DNA from: Acidimicrobiales bacterium
GTDB lineage: Bacteria; Actinomycetota; Acidimicrobiia; Acidimicrobiales; GCA-2861595
Length of the DNA: 61,554 nucleotides
Assembly: GCA_046596195.1 (NCBI GenBank)
Contig: JBKJNA010000122.1
Coordinates: 1 to 61,554 of the forward strand
Direction of reading: 5' to 3'
Of the stretch, positions 29,461-41,124 are shown piece after piece. The notes under the pieces were generated by a model. The model did not search any database and was not told where the DNA came from. It saw nothing but the letters and a program-made list of their open reading frames with translations. Positions within the stretch are counted from its first letter, which is position 1. Each line of letters begins with the position of its first letter. The translations under genes and the position numbers were made by a program.

Positions 29461-29936
29461 TCACGGCAGCCACCAAGTCGGCCGAGGACACGCGAGGTCT
29501 CGGAGAAGCCCTGTCGCGCCTGGTGCAGCCGGGCGACATCGTCCTGCTCTCGGGCGACCTCGGCGCCGGCAAGACCACCCTCGCCCAGGGCTTCGCCCGC
29601 GGCCTCGGCGTCACCGACCAGATCGTGAGCCCCACCTTCGTGCTCGTCCGCCTCTACCAGGGCACGCTGCCGTTGATCCACGCCGACGCCTACCGGATGG
29701 ACAACCTCGACGAGGTCACCGACCTCGACCTGCCCGAGCTGCTGGACGAGGGAGGCGTGGCCCTGGTGGAGTGGGGCGACGTGATCGCGCCGATGCTGCC
29801 GGCCGACTACCTCGACGTCGCCATCGAGCTGGGCGAGGCCGACGACGACCGCAGGTTCACCATCCGGACGGTGGGCCCTCGCTGGGCGCCGAGGGCGGCC
29901 GCCGTGCGCGCCGCCATGGAACGGTGGCCGTTGTGA
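29457..29936 (+). CDS. tsaE: tRNA t6A37 biosynthesis ATPase TsaE
   Basis: ORF track, 159 aa: GDLGAGKTTLAQGFARGLGV...SPTF...HADAYR. Confidence 0.93.
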   Translation: MITAATKSAEDTRGLGEALSRLVQPGDIVLLSGDLGAGKTTLAQGFARGLGVTDQIVSPTFVLVRLYQGTLPLIHADAYRMDNLDEVTDLDLPELLDEGGVALVEWGDVIAPMLPADYLDVAIELGEADDDRRFTIRTVGPRWAPRAAAVRAAMERWPL

Positions 29937-30631
29937 TCATCCTCGGCATCGAGACGGCCACGCTCCAGGTGGGGTGCGCCGTCGGGGGGGTGGAGGGCGC
30001 GCTGGCGTCGTTCACCGCCACGCGGGGCCGCCGCCACGCCGAGACGCTCGTGCCGGCCGTGCAGTTCGTGTGCGCCCAGGCCCAGGTCGAACTGGCCGAG
30101 GTGAGCGTGGTGGCTGTCGACGTCGGCCCCGGCCTGTTCACCGGGCTGCGGGTCGGCGTGGCCACCGCCAAGGCGCTGGCCCTTGCCCTGCGGGTGCCCA
30201 TGGTGGGCCTGTCCAGCCTGGACCTGCTGGCCTTCGCCCTGCATCACACCGACGGCCTCATCGCCACCATGGTCGACGCCCGCCGGGGGGAGGTGTTCGC
30301 CGCCATGTACCGCCCGGTGCCGGGCGGGGTGCAGCGGGTGGCCGAGCCTCGCGTGTGCTCGCCGGGCGAGCTGGCCTCCGAGCTGATGGCCATGGGCGAG
30401 GACTGCCTGCTGGTGGGAGACGGGGCCATCCGCTATGCCTCCTCGTTCGACGACGCCCGCCACCTGCGCATCGCCGACGGCGCCTTCGCCCATCCTTCCC
30501 CGGCCGCCCTCGTGCAGCTGGCGCACGCCCGAGCCGTGCGGGAGGAGTTCGTGCAGCTCTCCGAGCTGGAGCCGATGTACCTGCGCAAGGCCGACGCCGA
30601 GATCAACTGGGAGCGCCGGGCGCGTGTGTGA
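29933..30631 (+). CDS. tsaB: tRNA t6A37 biosynthesis protein TsaB
   Basis: The GTG at 29933 overlaps the tsaE stop. Sequence VIILGIETATLQVGCAV...GPGLFTGLRVGVATAKALA lies in the frame of ORF 29330-30631. Confidence 0.9.
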   Translation: MIILGIETATLQVGCAVGGVEGALASFTATRGRRHAETLVPAVQFVCAQAQVELAEVSVVAVDVGPGLFTGLRVGVATAKALALALRVPMVGLSSLDLLAFALHHTDGLIATMVDARRGEVFAAMYRPVPGGVQRVAEPRVCSPGELASELMAMGEDCLLVGDGAIRYASSFDDARHLRIADGAFAHPSPAALVQLAHARAVREEFVQLSELEPMYLRKADAEINWERRARV

Positions 30632-31284
30632 CCGACGCCCTCGACCGCGGGGTGCCTGACGTGGCGGCGAGGGTCCAGGAGGAGTTCTACGCAGCGTCGG
30701 ACGTCACCCTTGCGCCCATGAGACGCCGCCACCTGCGGGCCGTTCTCCGCATCGAGGCCCAGGTGTACCCCCGGCCCTGGTCGCTGCGACTGTTCATGAG
30801 CGAGCTGGCGCTGCGCTCCACCCGCACGTACACCGTCGCCCTGGTCGACAGCGGCGTGGCCGGCTACTCGGGCCTGATGGTGCAGGGGGACGACGCCCAC
30901 GTCACCACGATCGCCGTCGACCCCCGCTGGCACCGCCAGGGCATCGGCTCCCGGCTCCTGCTGCAGATGACGCGCGCGGCGGTCGAGCAGGGCGCGCAGC
31001 ACCTCACCCTCGAGGTGCGGATGTCGAACGATGCGGCCAAGAAGCTCTACGGTGCCTTCGGGTTCGCCCCTGCCGGCGTGCGAAAGAACTACTACGTCGA
31101 GACCAACGAGGACGCCCTGGTGATGTGGGCCAACGACATCGACGCCCCCGAGTACCGTGCCCGCCTCGCCCGCATCGAAGCGGCCCTGCCGGCGCCGGTG
31201 CCTCCCACCGGCACGTCGGTGCAGGACCGGAGCGCGCCGGCGGCCGGCAGGTCGGCGGCGGCGCCGGAAGGAGGGCAGGGATGA
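30628..31284 (+). CDS. rimI: Ribosomal-protein-alanine N-acetyltransferase RimI (GNAT)
   Basis: Frame of ORF 29974-31284, with ...IAVDPRWHRQGIGSRLL...AKKLYGAFGF.... The GTG at 30628 overlaps the tsaB stop; ATG at 30718 is an alternative start. Confidence 0.88.
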   Translation: MTDALDRGVPDVAARVQEEFYAASDVTLAPMRRRHLRAVLRIEAQVYPRPWSLRLFMSELALRSTRTYTVALVDSGVAGYSGLMVQGDDAHVTTIAVDPRWHRQGIGSRLLLQMTRAAVEQGAQHLTLEVRMSNDAAKKLYGAFGFAPAGVRKNYYVETNEDALVMWANDIDAPEYRARLARIEAALPAPVPPTGTSVQDRSAPAAGRSAAAPEGGQG

Positions 31285-32282
31285 AGGTGCTCGGGGTGGA
31301 GACGTCGTGCGACGAGACCGCCGCCGCGGTGGTGGTCGACGGCCAGCAGGTCCTGTCGTCGGTGGTCAGCAGCCAGGTCGACCTCCACGCCGCCTTCGGA
31401 GGCGTGGTGCCCGAGCTGGCGAGCCGTGCCCACGTCGAGCTGCTCACGCCGGTGATCGCCGAGGCCATGGTGGAGGCGGGTGTCGAGGGCAGGGACCTCG
31501 GGGCGGTGGCTGCCACCGTCGGTCCCGGGCTGGTGGGCTCGCTGCTGGTGGGCCTCAGCGCGGCCAAGGCGCTGGCCCTGGTGTGGGGCGTGCCCTTCGT
31601 CGGCGTGAACCACCTGGAGGGCCACATCTACGCCGCCTTCCTGGAGGAGCCCGACCTCGAGCCCCCGCTGGTGGTGCTCCTCGTCTCGGGGGGTCACACC
31701 ATGCTCATCGCCATGGAGGCCCACGGGCGCTACCGCCTCCTTGGCGCCACGCTGGACGACGCCGCCGGCGAGGCCTACGACAAGGTGGCCCGGTATCTCG
31801 GCCTCGGCTACCCGGGCGGGCCCGCCATCGACGCCTTGGCGCTCGAGGGCGACCCGTCGGCCATCGACTTCCCGCGCGGCCTCCTGCGGGAGGGTTACGA
31901 CTTCTCGTTCAGCGGCATCAAGACGTCGGTGGTCACCTACGTCCGCAAGCACCCGAGCGTGGGCACGGCCGACGTGGCCGCATCGTTCCAAGAGGCCGTG
32001 GTCGACGTGCTCGTCACCAAGGCGCAGCGGGCGGCGGCCGAGATCGGCGCCACCGGCATCGTGCTGGGCGGAGGGGTGGCGGCCAACTCCCGCCTGCGGG
32101 AGCGCATCCTCGATACCTGTATCGCCGACGGCCTCCGGGCCTTCCTGCCCAGCCGGGCCATGTGTACCGACAACGCCGCCATGATCGCCGCCGCCGGGTG
32201 GTGGCGCCTCCGGTCTGACGGCCCCACGCCCCTCGGCGCCGGCGCCGACCCCGGCCTCGGGCTCCCGCTCATCACCACCTGA
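31281..32282 (+). CDS. tsaD: tRNA N6-adenosine threonylcarbamoyltransferase TsaD
   Basis: The ATG at 31281 overlaps the rimI stop (ATGA). Sequence: MKVLGVETSCDETAAAVV...VNHLEGHIYA...VSGGHT.... Confidence 0.95.
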   Translation: MKVLGVETSCDETAAAVVVDGQQVLSSVVSSQVDLHAAFGGVVPELASRAHVELLTPVIAEAMVEAGVEGRDLGAVAATVGPGLVGSLLVGLSAAKALALVWGVPFVGVNHLEGHIYAAFLEEPDLEPPLVVLLVSGGHTMLIAMEAHGRYRLLGATLDDAAGEAYDKVARYLGLGYPGGPAIDALALEGDPSAIDFPRGLLREGYDFSFSGIKTSVVTYVRKHPSVGTADVAASFQEAVVDVLVTKAQRAAAEIGATGIVLGGGVAANSRLRERILDTCIADGLRAFLPSRAMCTDNAAMIAAAGWWRLRSDGPTPLGAGADPGLGLPLITT

Positions 32283-32373
32283 CGGCGCGCGCCGGCCGGC
32301 GCAACCGTGCCGGCGTTGCGACGGCACCAGCGTCCGGGCTCCGGGCCCTCACGCCGGCGCAACCGGGCCGGCG

Positions 32374-32943
32374 CTACTCCGGGAGGTGGTGGACGGCGGC
32401 GAGCAGGGCGGCGTAGGAGCGCACGAGCGCAGCCCGCTCGGCCGCCACCAGCGGGCTAGTGAGCGAGCAGCCCTGGGAAACCCAGCGGTCCGAGATGCGC
32501 ATCGCCTCGGCCCGTTCCACCGCCGCCGGCCGCACCCGGTCCAGCGGGGCCCGGTAGACGAAGGCGTAGAGGTCGGCCACAGCGTCGACCAGGGCGTCGT
32601 GGCCGGCTCCACCGTCGACCTCGTCGGTCACCGCCGGGCCGGCGCCGCTTGCGGCCGCCGTGGCCGCGTCGCTTGCTCCGCCTGTCCCGCCGTGTTGGCT
32701 CACCCGGTGGGCGTGCCACCAGGCGACCTCGAGCCGGGCCGCCTCCGTGGTGTCGAGCGGCTCGCCGGCCGAGCGGGCGACCAGGCGGTAGAAGCGCTCC
32801 ATGAAGGCACGGGCCCGGGCCGGGTCGTTGTCGGCCGGCGCCCACACCTGGTTGGCCCGCAGAACGAGCCAGGCGCCGCGCAGGGTGTCGGGCCAGCCCA
32901 TGCGGAAGGCGGCCCGCACGAGGCCGACCGATGCCACGAGCAA
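32374..32943 (-). CDS. Hypothetical protein, probably longer and frameshifted (see findings)
   Basis: ORF track, 189 aa from a TTG start. The coding-like frame continues about 45 codons upstream without a start codon. A second frame starting at GTG 33151 looks like its N-terminus. Confidence 0.5.
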   Translation of the reverse strand: MLVASVGLVRAAFRMGWPDTLRGAWLVLRANQVWAPADNDPARARAFMERFYRLVARSAGEPLDTTEAARLEVAWWHAHRVSQHGGTGGASDAATAAASGAGPAVTDEVDGGAGHDALVDAVADLYAFVYRAPLDRVRPAAVERAEAMRISDRWVSQGCSLTSPLVAAERAALVRSYAALLAAVHHLPE

Positions 32944-33144
32944 CTTCGCCCACTCCCGCCGGTAGTACGTGACCCAGGCCCGGCACTCCAGGGCGCCGAC
33001 GCGGTGCGGGTCGAAGGATCGTGCCTGGCCGGCCCACCAGTGTGACGCCGCCAGGGCCGCAGGAGCCGCGCCATCCCCCGATGACTAGCAGACGGGCGAT
33101 CCCGAGCACGCGCCACTTGCCGAAGCGCCGGGTCTCGCCTATCG

Positions 33145-33171
33145 TTAGCACTCGACAGGCGAGAGTGCTAA
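33145..33171 (+). promoter_or_regulatory. CIRCE operator (HrcA binding site) upstream of groES
   Basis: TTAGCACTC (33145-33153), N9, GAGTGCTAA (33163-33171). This is a perfect match to the CIRCE consensus and lies 22 nt upstream of the groES ATG. Confidence 0.93.
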
Positions 33172-33192
33172 CGAAGCCGGAGGCCGAAAATC

Positions 33193-35153
<1,961 letters not shown>

Positions 35154-35321
35154 TTGGAGGAGATCCCTCCGCCGGACCCCGAGAAGCTGCTCGTCGCCTG
35201 GATGCAGTGGGAGAAGGGCGAGATCACACCCGGGCGGGTCATGGCCGACCTCAAGAAGGGCGGCTTGCGCGACCTGCTCGAGTCCACCGTCCAAGCTCAC
35301 CAGGAGTTGGCGGCGGGCTGA
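35154..35321 (+). CDS. Small hypothetical ORF immediately after groEL (55 aa from TTG; 39 aa from ATG 35202)
   Basis: Translated by hand: LEEIPPPDPEKLLVAWMQWEKGEITPGRVMADLKKGGLRDLLESTVQAHQELAAG, stop at 35319-35321. The composition is protein-like and third-position G/C is high. It is below the ORF-track cutoff. Confidence 0.3.
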   Translation: MEEIPPPDPEKLLVAWMQWEKGEITPGRVMADLKKGGLRDLLESTVQAHQELAAG

Positions 35322-35477
35322 CAGCACGACCACGGAACACCCTGGAGCCCCTGCCTCGGCAGGGGCTCCGGCCGTTCTGTGCCTTACCGGTCGCGCGCAC
35401 AGTGTTCGCGCGCCTTACCTGGCGTGTCGGATCTGGGTACCGTCGAGCCCACGAAGTCCCGAGACCGAGGGGAGTGC

Positions 35478-36002
35478 ATGGCCCTGCCGTTGCCGGTGCC
35501 CGAAGAGGTGGGGGAACACACGCTCCGTCTCGTGGCGGAGCAGGCGTGCTCGGCAGCCGGCTGTGTGGCCGCAGGCGTGACGGTGGTACGACCGGAGGAG
35601 CGGCCGCTGATCCTGGGCACCTCGCTCCTCGGCGCCCAGATGGAGCGTGTCCAATGGGATTCGGGCGACGGCCCTGGGCTCGACGCCATCCGCCAACTCC
35701 AGGTGTTCAACGTGGCCTGCCTGGCCAGCGCCTGGTCGTGGTCGCTGTTCGTGCACCAGGCCACCGCCCGGGGCGTGGCCAGTTGCTTGGCCGTACCCAT
35801 CATCCTGCGGGGACGGGCCCTCGGGGCCCTCGACCTCTACTCTACCGAACCGGCCGCTTTCGATGGGGCCGAGCGGGTGGGCCTGCACTTCGCCAGCGAG
35901 GCGGCGGTGGCCCTGTCCCAGATCGAAGTGGGACTGCGCCAGCTGCTACCGCTCCCCGCGCACCGGCCCGACGGGCGCGGCCGTTCTCACGCCGCGTACT
36001 GA
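35478..36002 (+). CDS. GAF domain-containing protein (no ANTAR or other output domain visible)
   Basis: ATG at 35478 in ORF 35379-36002: ...AAGVTVVRPEERPLILGTS...WDSGDGPGLDAIR...CLAVPIILRGRALGALDLYSTEPAAF.... This pattern is typical of actinobacterial GAF sensors. Confidence 0.7.
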   Translation: MALPLPVPEEVGEHTLRLVAEQACSAAGCVAAGVTVVRPEERPLILGTSLLGAQMERVQWDSGDGPGLDAIRQLQVFNVACLASAWSWSLFVHQATARGVASCLAVPIILRGRALGALDLYSTEPAAFDGAERVGLHFASEAAVALSQIEVGLRQLLPLPAHRPDGRGRSHAAY

Positions 36003-36075
36003 GGCCGAGCCGGCCGGCGGCGGCGTTGTTCCATGGCGACCGGGGGGCGTCCGTCCTGCGACGAGGAGCCACCTG

Positions 36076-36477
36076 ATGCGACTGTTCGGAAAGAAGACGT
36101 CTGCGACCGCCACGCCGCCCGGGGTGGTCGGCGCCGAGGCCGAAGCGGCGGAGGAGATCCGCCGGGCGACCGAGGCGCTGGGCATCCCTATGCCGCCGGA
36201 GGGGTGGCAACCGCCGACGGCCGCTGCCGAGGCGCTGGCCGAGGACGTGGTGACCGAGGCCGTCCCGGCGCCACACGAGACCGACCTCGGTCGGGAGGAA
36301 GCCGAGGCTGCGCAGCCGGAGGGCCTTGACCCCAAGGTGGACGATCCGCTCCCCGAGGAGGCGGAGGCGCCCGAGCCGGTGCGCCGGAGGGTGCGCAAGA
36401 CACCACCCAGCGTCGCCCCGACGCCGCCCGAACGGACAATGGCGTCGCCCCGGACATCGGGCTCGGGCCGGCGCTGA
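36076..36477 (+). CDS. Hypothetical acidic/Pro-rich protein
   Basis: ATG at 36076 in the frame of ORF 35647-36477: MRLFGKKTSATATPPG.... Third-position G/C is high; no recognisable domain. Confidence 0.35.
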   Translation: MRLFGKKTSATATPPGVVGAEAEAAEEIRRATEALGIPMPPEGWQPPTAAAEALAEDVVTEAVPAPHETDLGREEAEAAQPEGLDPKVDDPLPEEAEAPEPVRRRVRKTPPSVAPTPPERTMASPRTSGSGRR

Positions 36478-36520
36478 CCGGGGCGTAGAATCCTCCTTTC
36501 GGGAGCGGAAGGGGTGGCAC

Positions 36521-37684
36521 GTGCCTGAGGTCGAGATCGGCATCGGCAAGTCGGGACGCAGGGCGTACGGGTTCGACGACATCGCGATCGTGCCCAGCCG
36601 GCGAACGAGGGACCCGGAGGATGTCGACATCACGTGGGAGATCGACGCCTTCAGCTTCGACCTGCCCCTCATGGCCTCGGCCATGGACGGCGTGGTGAGC
36701 CCGGCCACCGCCATCGAGGTCGGCCGGCTCGGCGGCGTCGGCGTGCTCAACCTCGAGGGCCTCTGGACCCGCTACGAGGACCCCGAGCCCCTGTTCGAGG
36801 AGATCGCCGGCCTCGACAACGAGAAGGCCACCGCCCGGATGCAGCAGATCTACTCGGAGCCCGTGAAGCCAGAGCTGGTCACCGAGCGCATCCGTGAGAT
36901 CCGGGAGGCGGGCGTCACGTCCTGCGCCTCGGTCACGCCCCAGCGGGCGGAACAGTTCTCCAAGGCGGTGGTCGACGCCGAGCTCGACCTGCTCGTCATC
37001 CAGGGCACGGTGGTGTCGGCCGAGCACGTGTCAAAGACAGTCGAGCCGCTGAACCTCAAGCAGTTCATCCGCAAGCTCGAGGTCCCCGTGATCGTGGGCG
37101 GCTGCGCCTCGTTCAACGCCGCCCACCATCTGATGCGCACCGGCGCCGTCGGGATACTCGTCGGCGTCGGCCCGGGCAACGCGTGCACCACCCGGGGCGT
37201 GCTGGGCATCGGCGTTCCCCAGGCCACTGCCATCGCCGATGCGGCCGGCGCCCGCATGCGCCACCTCGACGAGACGGGCGTGTACGTGCACGTCATCGCC
37301 GACGGCGGCATCAGCCGGGGCGGCGACATCGCCAAGGCCATCGCCATGGGCGCAGACGCGGTGATGATGGGCTCGCCCCTCGCCGCCGCCCACGAGGCGC
37401 CCGGCCGGGGCTACCACTGGGGCATGGCCACCTTCCACCCCACCCTGCCGCGCGGCACCCGCGTCCGTACGAAGGCCCGCGGCAGCCTCAAGGAGATCCT
37501 CGTCGGCCCCGCCCACGAGAACGACGGCCGGCTCAACCTGTTCGGGGCCCTCCGCACCTCGATGGCCACCTGCGGCTACCAGACGGTGAAGGAGTTCCAG
37601 AAGGCCGAGGTCATGGTGGCGCCCTCGCTGCAGACCGAGGGCAAGGGTCTCCAGCGCTCGCAGCAGGTCGGCATGGGGCAATGA
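36521..37684 (+). CDS. GuaB3-type IMP dehydrogenase-related protein (no CBS insert)
   Basis: GTG at 36521 in ORF 36326-37684: [35 protein letters not shown]...[29 protein letters not shown].... It sits upstream of guaA, as in actinobacteria. Confidence 0.88.
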   Translation: MPEVEIGIGKSGRRAYGFDDIAIVPSRRTRDPEDVDITWEIDAFSFDLPLMASAMDGVVSPATAIEVGRLGGVGVLNLEGLWTRYEDPEPLFEEIAGLDNEKATARMQQIYSEPVKPELVTERIREIREAGVTSCASVTPQRAEQFSKAVVDAELDLLVIQGTVVSAEHVSKTVEPLNLKQFIRKLEVPVIVGGCASFNAAHHLMRTGAVGILVGVGPGNACTTRGVLGIGVPQATAIADAAGARMRHLDETGVYVHVIADGGISRGGDIAKAIAMGADAVMMGSPLAAAHEAPGRGYHWGMATFHPTLPRGTRVRTKARGSLKEILVGPAHENDGRLNLFGALRTSMATCGYQTVKEFQKAEVMVAPSLQTEGKGLQRSQQVGMGQ

Positions 37685-37700
37685 CCGTCCTCTTCTTGCA

Positions 37701-39230
37701 ATGAGCTTCGACACCGTCCTGGTCGTCGACTTCGGCGCCCAGTACGCCCAGTTGATCGCGCGGCGCGTGCGGGAGGCGCACGTGTACTCCGAGATCGTGC
37801 CCCACACGATGTCGGCGGCCGAGATGATGGCCCGCAAGCCGGCCGCCGTGATCCTGAGTGGTGGCCCCAAGTCGGTCCACACCGAGGGCGCGCCGGTCAT
37901 CGACCCCGCCCTCTACGACTCGGGCATCGCCGTCCTGGGCATCTGTTACGGCGCCCAACTCCTGGCCCAGCAACTGGGCGGCGAGGTGTCGCGCACCGGC
38001 CAGGGCGAGTACGGCCGCACGGCCATGACGGTGACGGACAGCTCGGTGCTGTTCGCCGACCTGCCGCTCACCCAGGATGTGTGGATGAGCCACTTCGACT
38101 CCATATCTGCGGCCCCGCCGGGGTTCCGGGTGGTGGCCACCACGCCGGGAGCGGCGGCCGCCCTCGAGCATCCCGCGCGCCGTCTCTACGGTCTGCAGTT
38201 CCACCCCGAGGTGGCGCACACGGCCCGGGGCCAGGAGATCCTGAAGCACTTCCTCTACGACGTGGCCGGGTGCCGGCCCTCGTGGACGATGACGTCGGTC
38301 ATCGAGCAGCAGGTCAACGCCATCAGGACTCAGGTGGGCGACGAGAAGGTCATCTGCGGCCTGTCCGGCGGGGTCGACTCGGCGGTTGCGGCGGCCATCG
38401 TCCACAAGGCGGTGGGCGACAACCTCACGTGCGTGTTCGTCGACACCGGCCTCATGCGGGCCGGTGAGGCCGAGCAGGTGGAGGACACGTTCCGCCGCCA
38501 GTTCCAGGTCGACCTGGTGCACGTGAAGGCGGCCGACCGGTTCGTGGAGGCGCTGGACGACGTCGTCGATCCCGAGCGCAAGCGCAAGATCATCGGGGAG
38601 ACGTTCATCCGCGTGTTCGAGGAAGTGGCACGTGATCTCCAGGACGCCCGCTTCCTCGTCCAGGGCACGCTCTACCCCGACATCATCGAGTCCGGCACCA
38701 AGGACGCGGCCCGCATCAAGAGTCACCACAACGTGGGCGGCCTGCCCGACGACATGGATTTCGAGCTGGTCGAGCCGCTGCGGAACCTGTTCAAGGATGA
38801 GGTGCGGGCGGTGGGCGAGGAGCTGGGCCTGCCCGAGGAGATCGTGTGGCGCCAGCCCTTCCCGGGGCCGGGCCTGGCCGTGCGCATCGTGGGCACGGTG
38901 ACGCCGGAGCGGCTGGAGATCCTGCGGTCGGCCGACGCCATCGTCCTCCAGGAGATGCGCCGGGCCGGCCTCGAGCGCGAGGTGTGGCAGAGCTTCGCCG
39001 TCCTCATCGCCGTGCGTACGGTGGGCGTGATGGGCGACGAGCGCACCTACGCCTACCCCATCGTGATCCGGGCCGTCACCTCCGACGACGCCATGACGGC
39101 GGACTGGGCACGCATCCCCTACGACGTGCTCGAGCGCATGTCGAGCCGGATCATCAACGAGGTGCCGGGCGTCAACCGGGTGGCCTTCGACATCACGTCC
39201 AAGCCGCCCGGCACCATCGAATGGGAGTGA
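37701..39230 (+). CDS. guaA: GMP synthase (glutamine-hydrolysing)
   Basis: ORF track, 509 aa: [20 protein letters not shown]..., [17 protein letters not shown]-terminal ...KPPGTIEWE. Confidence 0.97.
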   Translation: MSFDTVLVVDFGAQYAQLIARRVREAHVYSEIVPHTMSAAEMMARKPAAVILSGGPKSVHTEGAPVIDPALYDSGIAVLGICYGAQLLAQQLGGEVSRTGQGEYGRTAMTVTDSSVLFADLPLTQDVWMSHFDSISAAPPGFRVVATTPGAAAALEHPARRLYGLQFHPEVAHTARGQEILKHFLYDVAGCRPSWTMTSVIEQQVNAIRTQVGDEKVICGLSGGVDSAVAAAIVHKAVGDNLTCVFVDTGLMRAGEAEQVEDTFRRQFQVDLVHVKAADRFVEALDDVVDPERKRKIIGETFIRVFEEVARDLQDARFLVQGTLYPDIIESGTKDAARIKSHHNVGGLPDDMDFELVEPLRNLFKDEVRAVGEELGLPEEIVWRQPFPGPGLAVRIVGTVTPERLEILRSADAIVLQEMRRAGLEREVWQSFAVLIAVRTVGVMGDERTYAYPIVIRAVTSDDAMTADWARIPYDVLERMSSRIINEVPGVNRVAFDITSKPPGTIEWE

Positions 39231-39279
39231 CGCCGGCGCCCGTCTTGACGGCGCGGAGCTGCTCTGTGACCCTCGTCTG

Positions 39280-39636
39280 ATGGCGCGGGCCCCATCGGTT
39301 GCCACCACCCCCGGGGCTGCCGATGTGCTCAGTGTGCTGCGGGCGCTGGCCGATCCCAAGCGGTTCCGGCTCCTGTCCGCCCTCCGGGAGAAGGAGCGCT
39401 GCGTGCGCGACCTGGTGGACGGCGAGGGGATGGCGCAGCCGCTGGTGAGCCACCACCTGCGGGTCCTGGTGGGCGCCGGCCTGGTGAAGAGCCGCCGGTC
39501 CGACGGCTTCACCATGTACGCGGTCGACCCCGGCGGCATGGCGTTGGCGCGCGAGGCGGTCGTGGCCCTACTCGACACCGACGTGCTCGACCCGGTGGCC
39601 TTGCCCGGCGGCAACCAGGAGTGCTGCTCAAGCTGA
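39280..39636 (+). CDS. ArsR/SmtB-family transcriptional regulator
   Basis: ORF track, 118 aa, with ...LRALADPKRFRLLSAL..KERCVRDLV...QPLVSHHLRVLVGAGLV.... Confidence 0.88.
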   Translation: MARAPSVATTPGAADVLSVLRALADPKRFRLLSALREKERCVRDLVDGEGMAQPLVSHHLRVLVGAGLVKSRRSDGFTMYAVDPGGMALAREAVVALLDTDVLDPVALPGGNQECCSS

Positions 39637-39733
39637 CGGCGTTGCGGCCACTGCCCCCTCGGCCACCGGCCCCGGGAGGTGCCGGGCGTCGACGGCGCGC
39701 CGGCGGGGTCCGCTGCGGATGGTTGAATCTGGC

Positions 39734-41080
39734 ATGCGCAGCCAACGGCGATCGGTCCTGTATCCCGCTGTCGCCGCCGCCGTTCTTGCGGTGGCGGCAT
39801 CGGTCGCCGTCCCGCCCCCGGCGGTGGCCGGCGTCGCCGCCATCCAGCCGAGCAACCGTCCGACGGCGCTGTCCGGCGCCGAGAACGGCTACGTCGGCGC
39901 CGAGCGGTTGATCACCGTGGTGCCGGGCTGCCGGGTGGCCCGGGAGGCGGCGCCCAGTCTGGCCCTGCTGTACCGCATGGCCGCCGCCGCCAATGTCGGC
40001 CTCGGCGCCCGGGACTGCTACCGGCCCCTGAGCGGGCAGGTCTCGGCGTCGGCCAACGCCACCGCAGCCGGCAACAGCGCCTGCGCGGCCACGCCCGCCA
40101 CCTATCCCGACGGCCGGCCCCGGGGAACGTCGATGCACGGGTGGGGCAAGGCGGTCGACTTCTCCGAGCCCCGCGGCATCACCTTCTCGTCGCCCGGCTA
40201 CCGGTTCCTCAAGGCCCAGGGCGCCGGCGTGGGCTGGAACCACCCCGGGTGGGCCGAGCCCGGCGGCAGCGCCTGCCCCGAGCAGTGGCACTGGGAGTGG
40301 GTCGGCGACGGCGGCACCGCCGGCGGCGAGCCGGTGCGGGCCGACGTGGTGGCCCTGCTCCCGGCCGCCGACGGTCGCGGGTACGCGTCGGTCACCGGCC
40401 TGGGCGCCGTCATCCCCCGGGGCAGCGCCCGCTCCTTGGGCGCCGTCGACGCCGTCCCACTCAACTGGGTGATCGTCGGGGCCGCGCCCACAGCCGACCG
40501 GAACGGCTACTGGCTGCTGGGCGGCGACGGCGGCATCTTCAACTTCGGTAACGCCGCCTTTCACGGCAGCACCGGCAACCTCCGGCTCAACGCGCCCGTC
40601 ATCGCCATGGCCTCCACGCCCGACGGGGGCGGCTACTGGCTGGTGGCGGCCGACGGGGGAGTCTTCAGCTTCGGCAACGCCACCTTCTACGGCAGCACCG
40701 GCGCCATGCGGCTGAACTCGCCGGTGGTCGGTATGGCCCCGGCAGCCGACGGCAAGGGGTACTGGCTGGTGGCGGCGGACGGCGGGATGTTCGCCTTCGG
40801 CAGCGCCGCCTTCAAGGGCAGCACCGGTGACATCCGCCTGGCCCAGCCGATCGTCGCTATGGCGCCCACGGCCACCGGCGGCGGCTACTGGCTGGTGGCG
40901 TCCGACGGCGGGGTGTTCGCCTTCGGCGACGCCACCTTCTTCGGGTCGGCCGCCGGTCGGGGCCTGGCCTCGCCCATCGTGGCCCTCACCCGCACGCCCA
41001 GGGCGGACGGCTACTGGATCACCGCCGCCGACGGCACGGTGGTGAACCTCGGCGCCGCCGGCGACTTCGGCCCCGGCTGA
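39734..41080 (+). CDS. Secreted M15 (VanY/LAS-type) peptidase fused to six ~42-aa repeats
   Basis: ORF 39719-41080, with ATG 39734 (MRSQRRSVLYPAVAAAVLAVAASVA) as the signal-like N-terminus. LAS metal ligands are SMHGWGKAVDF and EQWHWEW. These are followed by six repeats of the type GYWLVAADGGVFxFGxAxFxGStG..L..PIVAMA. Confidence 0.8.
   Translation: MRSQRRSVLYPAVAAAVLAVAASVAVPPPAVAGVAAIQPSNRPTALSGAENGYVGAERLITVVPGCRVAREAAPSLALLYRMAAAANVGLGARDCYRPLSGQVSASANATAAGNSACAATPATYPDGRPRGTSMHGWGKAVDFSEPRGITFSSPGYRFLKAQGAGVGWNHPGWAEPGGSACPEQWHWEWVGDGGTAGGEPVRADVVALLPAADGRGYASVTGLGAVIPRGSARSLGAVDAVPLNWVIVGAAPTADRNGYWLLGGDGGIFNFGNAAFHGSTGNLRLNAPVIAMASTPDGGGYWLVAADGGVFSFGNATFYGSTGAMRLNSPVVGMAPAADGKGYWLVAADGGMFAFGSAAFKGSTGDIRLAQPIVAMAPTATGGGYWLVASDGGVFAFGDATFFGSAAGRGLASPIVALTRTPRADGYWITAADGTVVNLGAAGDFGPG
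40367..41077 (+). repeat. Six tandem ~126-bp (42-aa) coding repeats inside the peptidase gene
   Basis: Units start at ADGRGYAS, ADRNGYWL, PDGGGYWL, ADGKGYWL, ATGGGYWL and PRADGYWI. The four central units are highly similar. Confidence 0.85.
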
Positions 41081-41124
41081 CCCCGGGGACGGCGGCGCCG
41101 TTCCCGGTGGAGGGACCCTCAGCG

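Noticed and set aside
41082-41107. Hairpin between the convergent peptidase and pstB genes as a bidirectional terminator
   Set aside because: The arms are nearly contiguous, so the loop is too small unless inner pairs open, and there is no T/A-run on either side. It was not reported as a feature.
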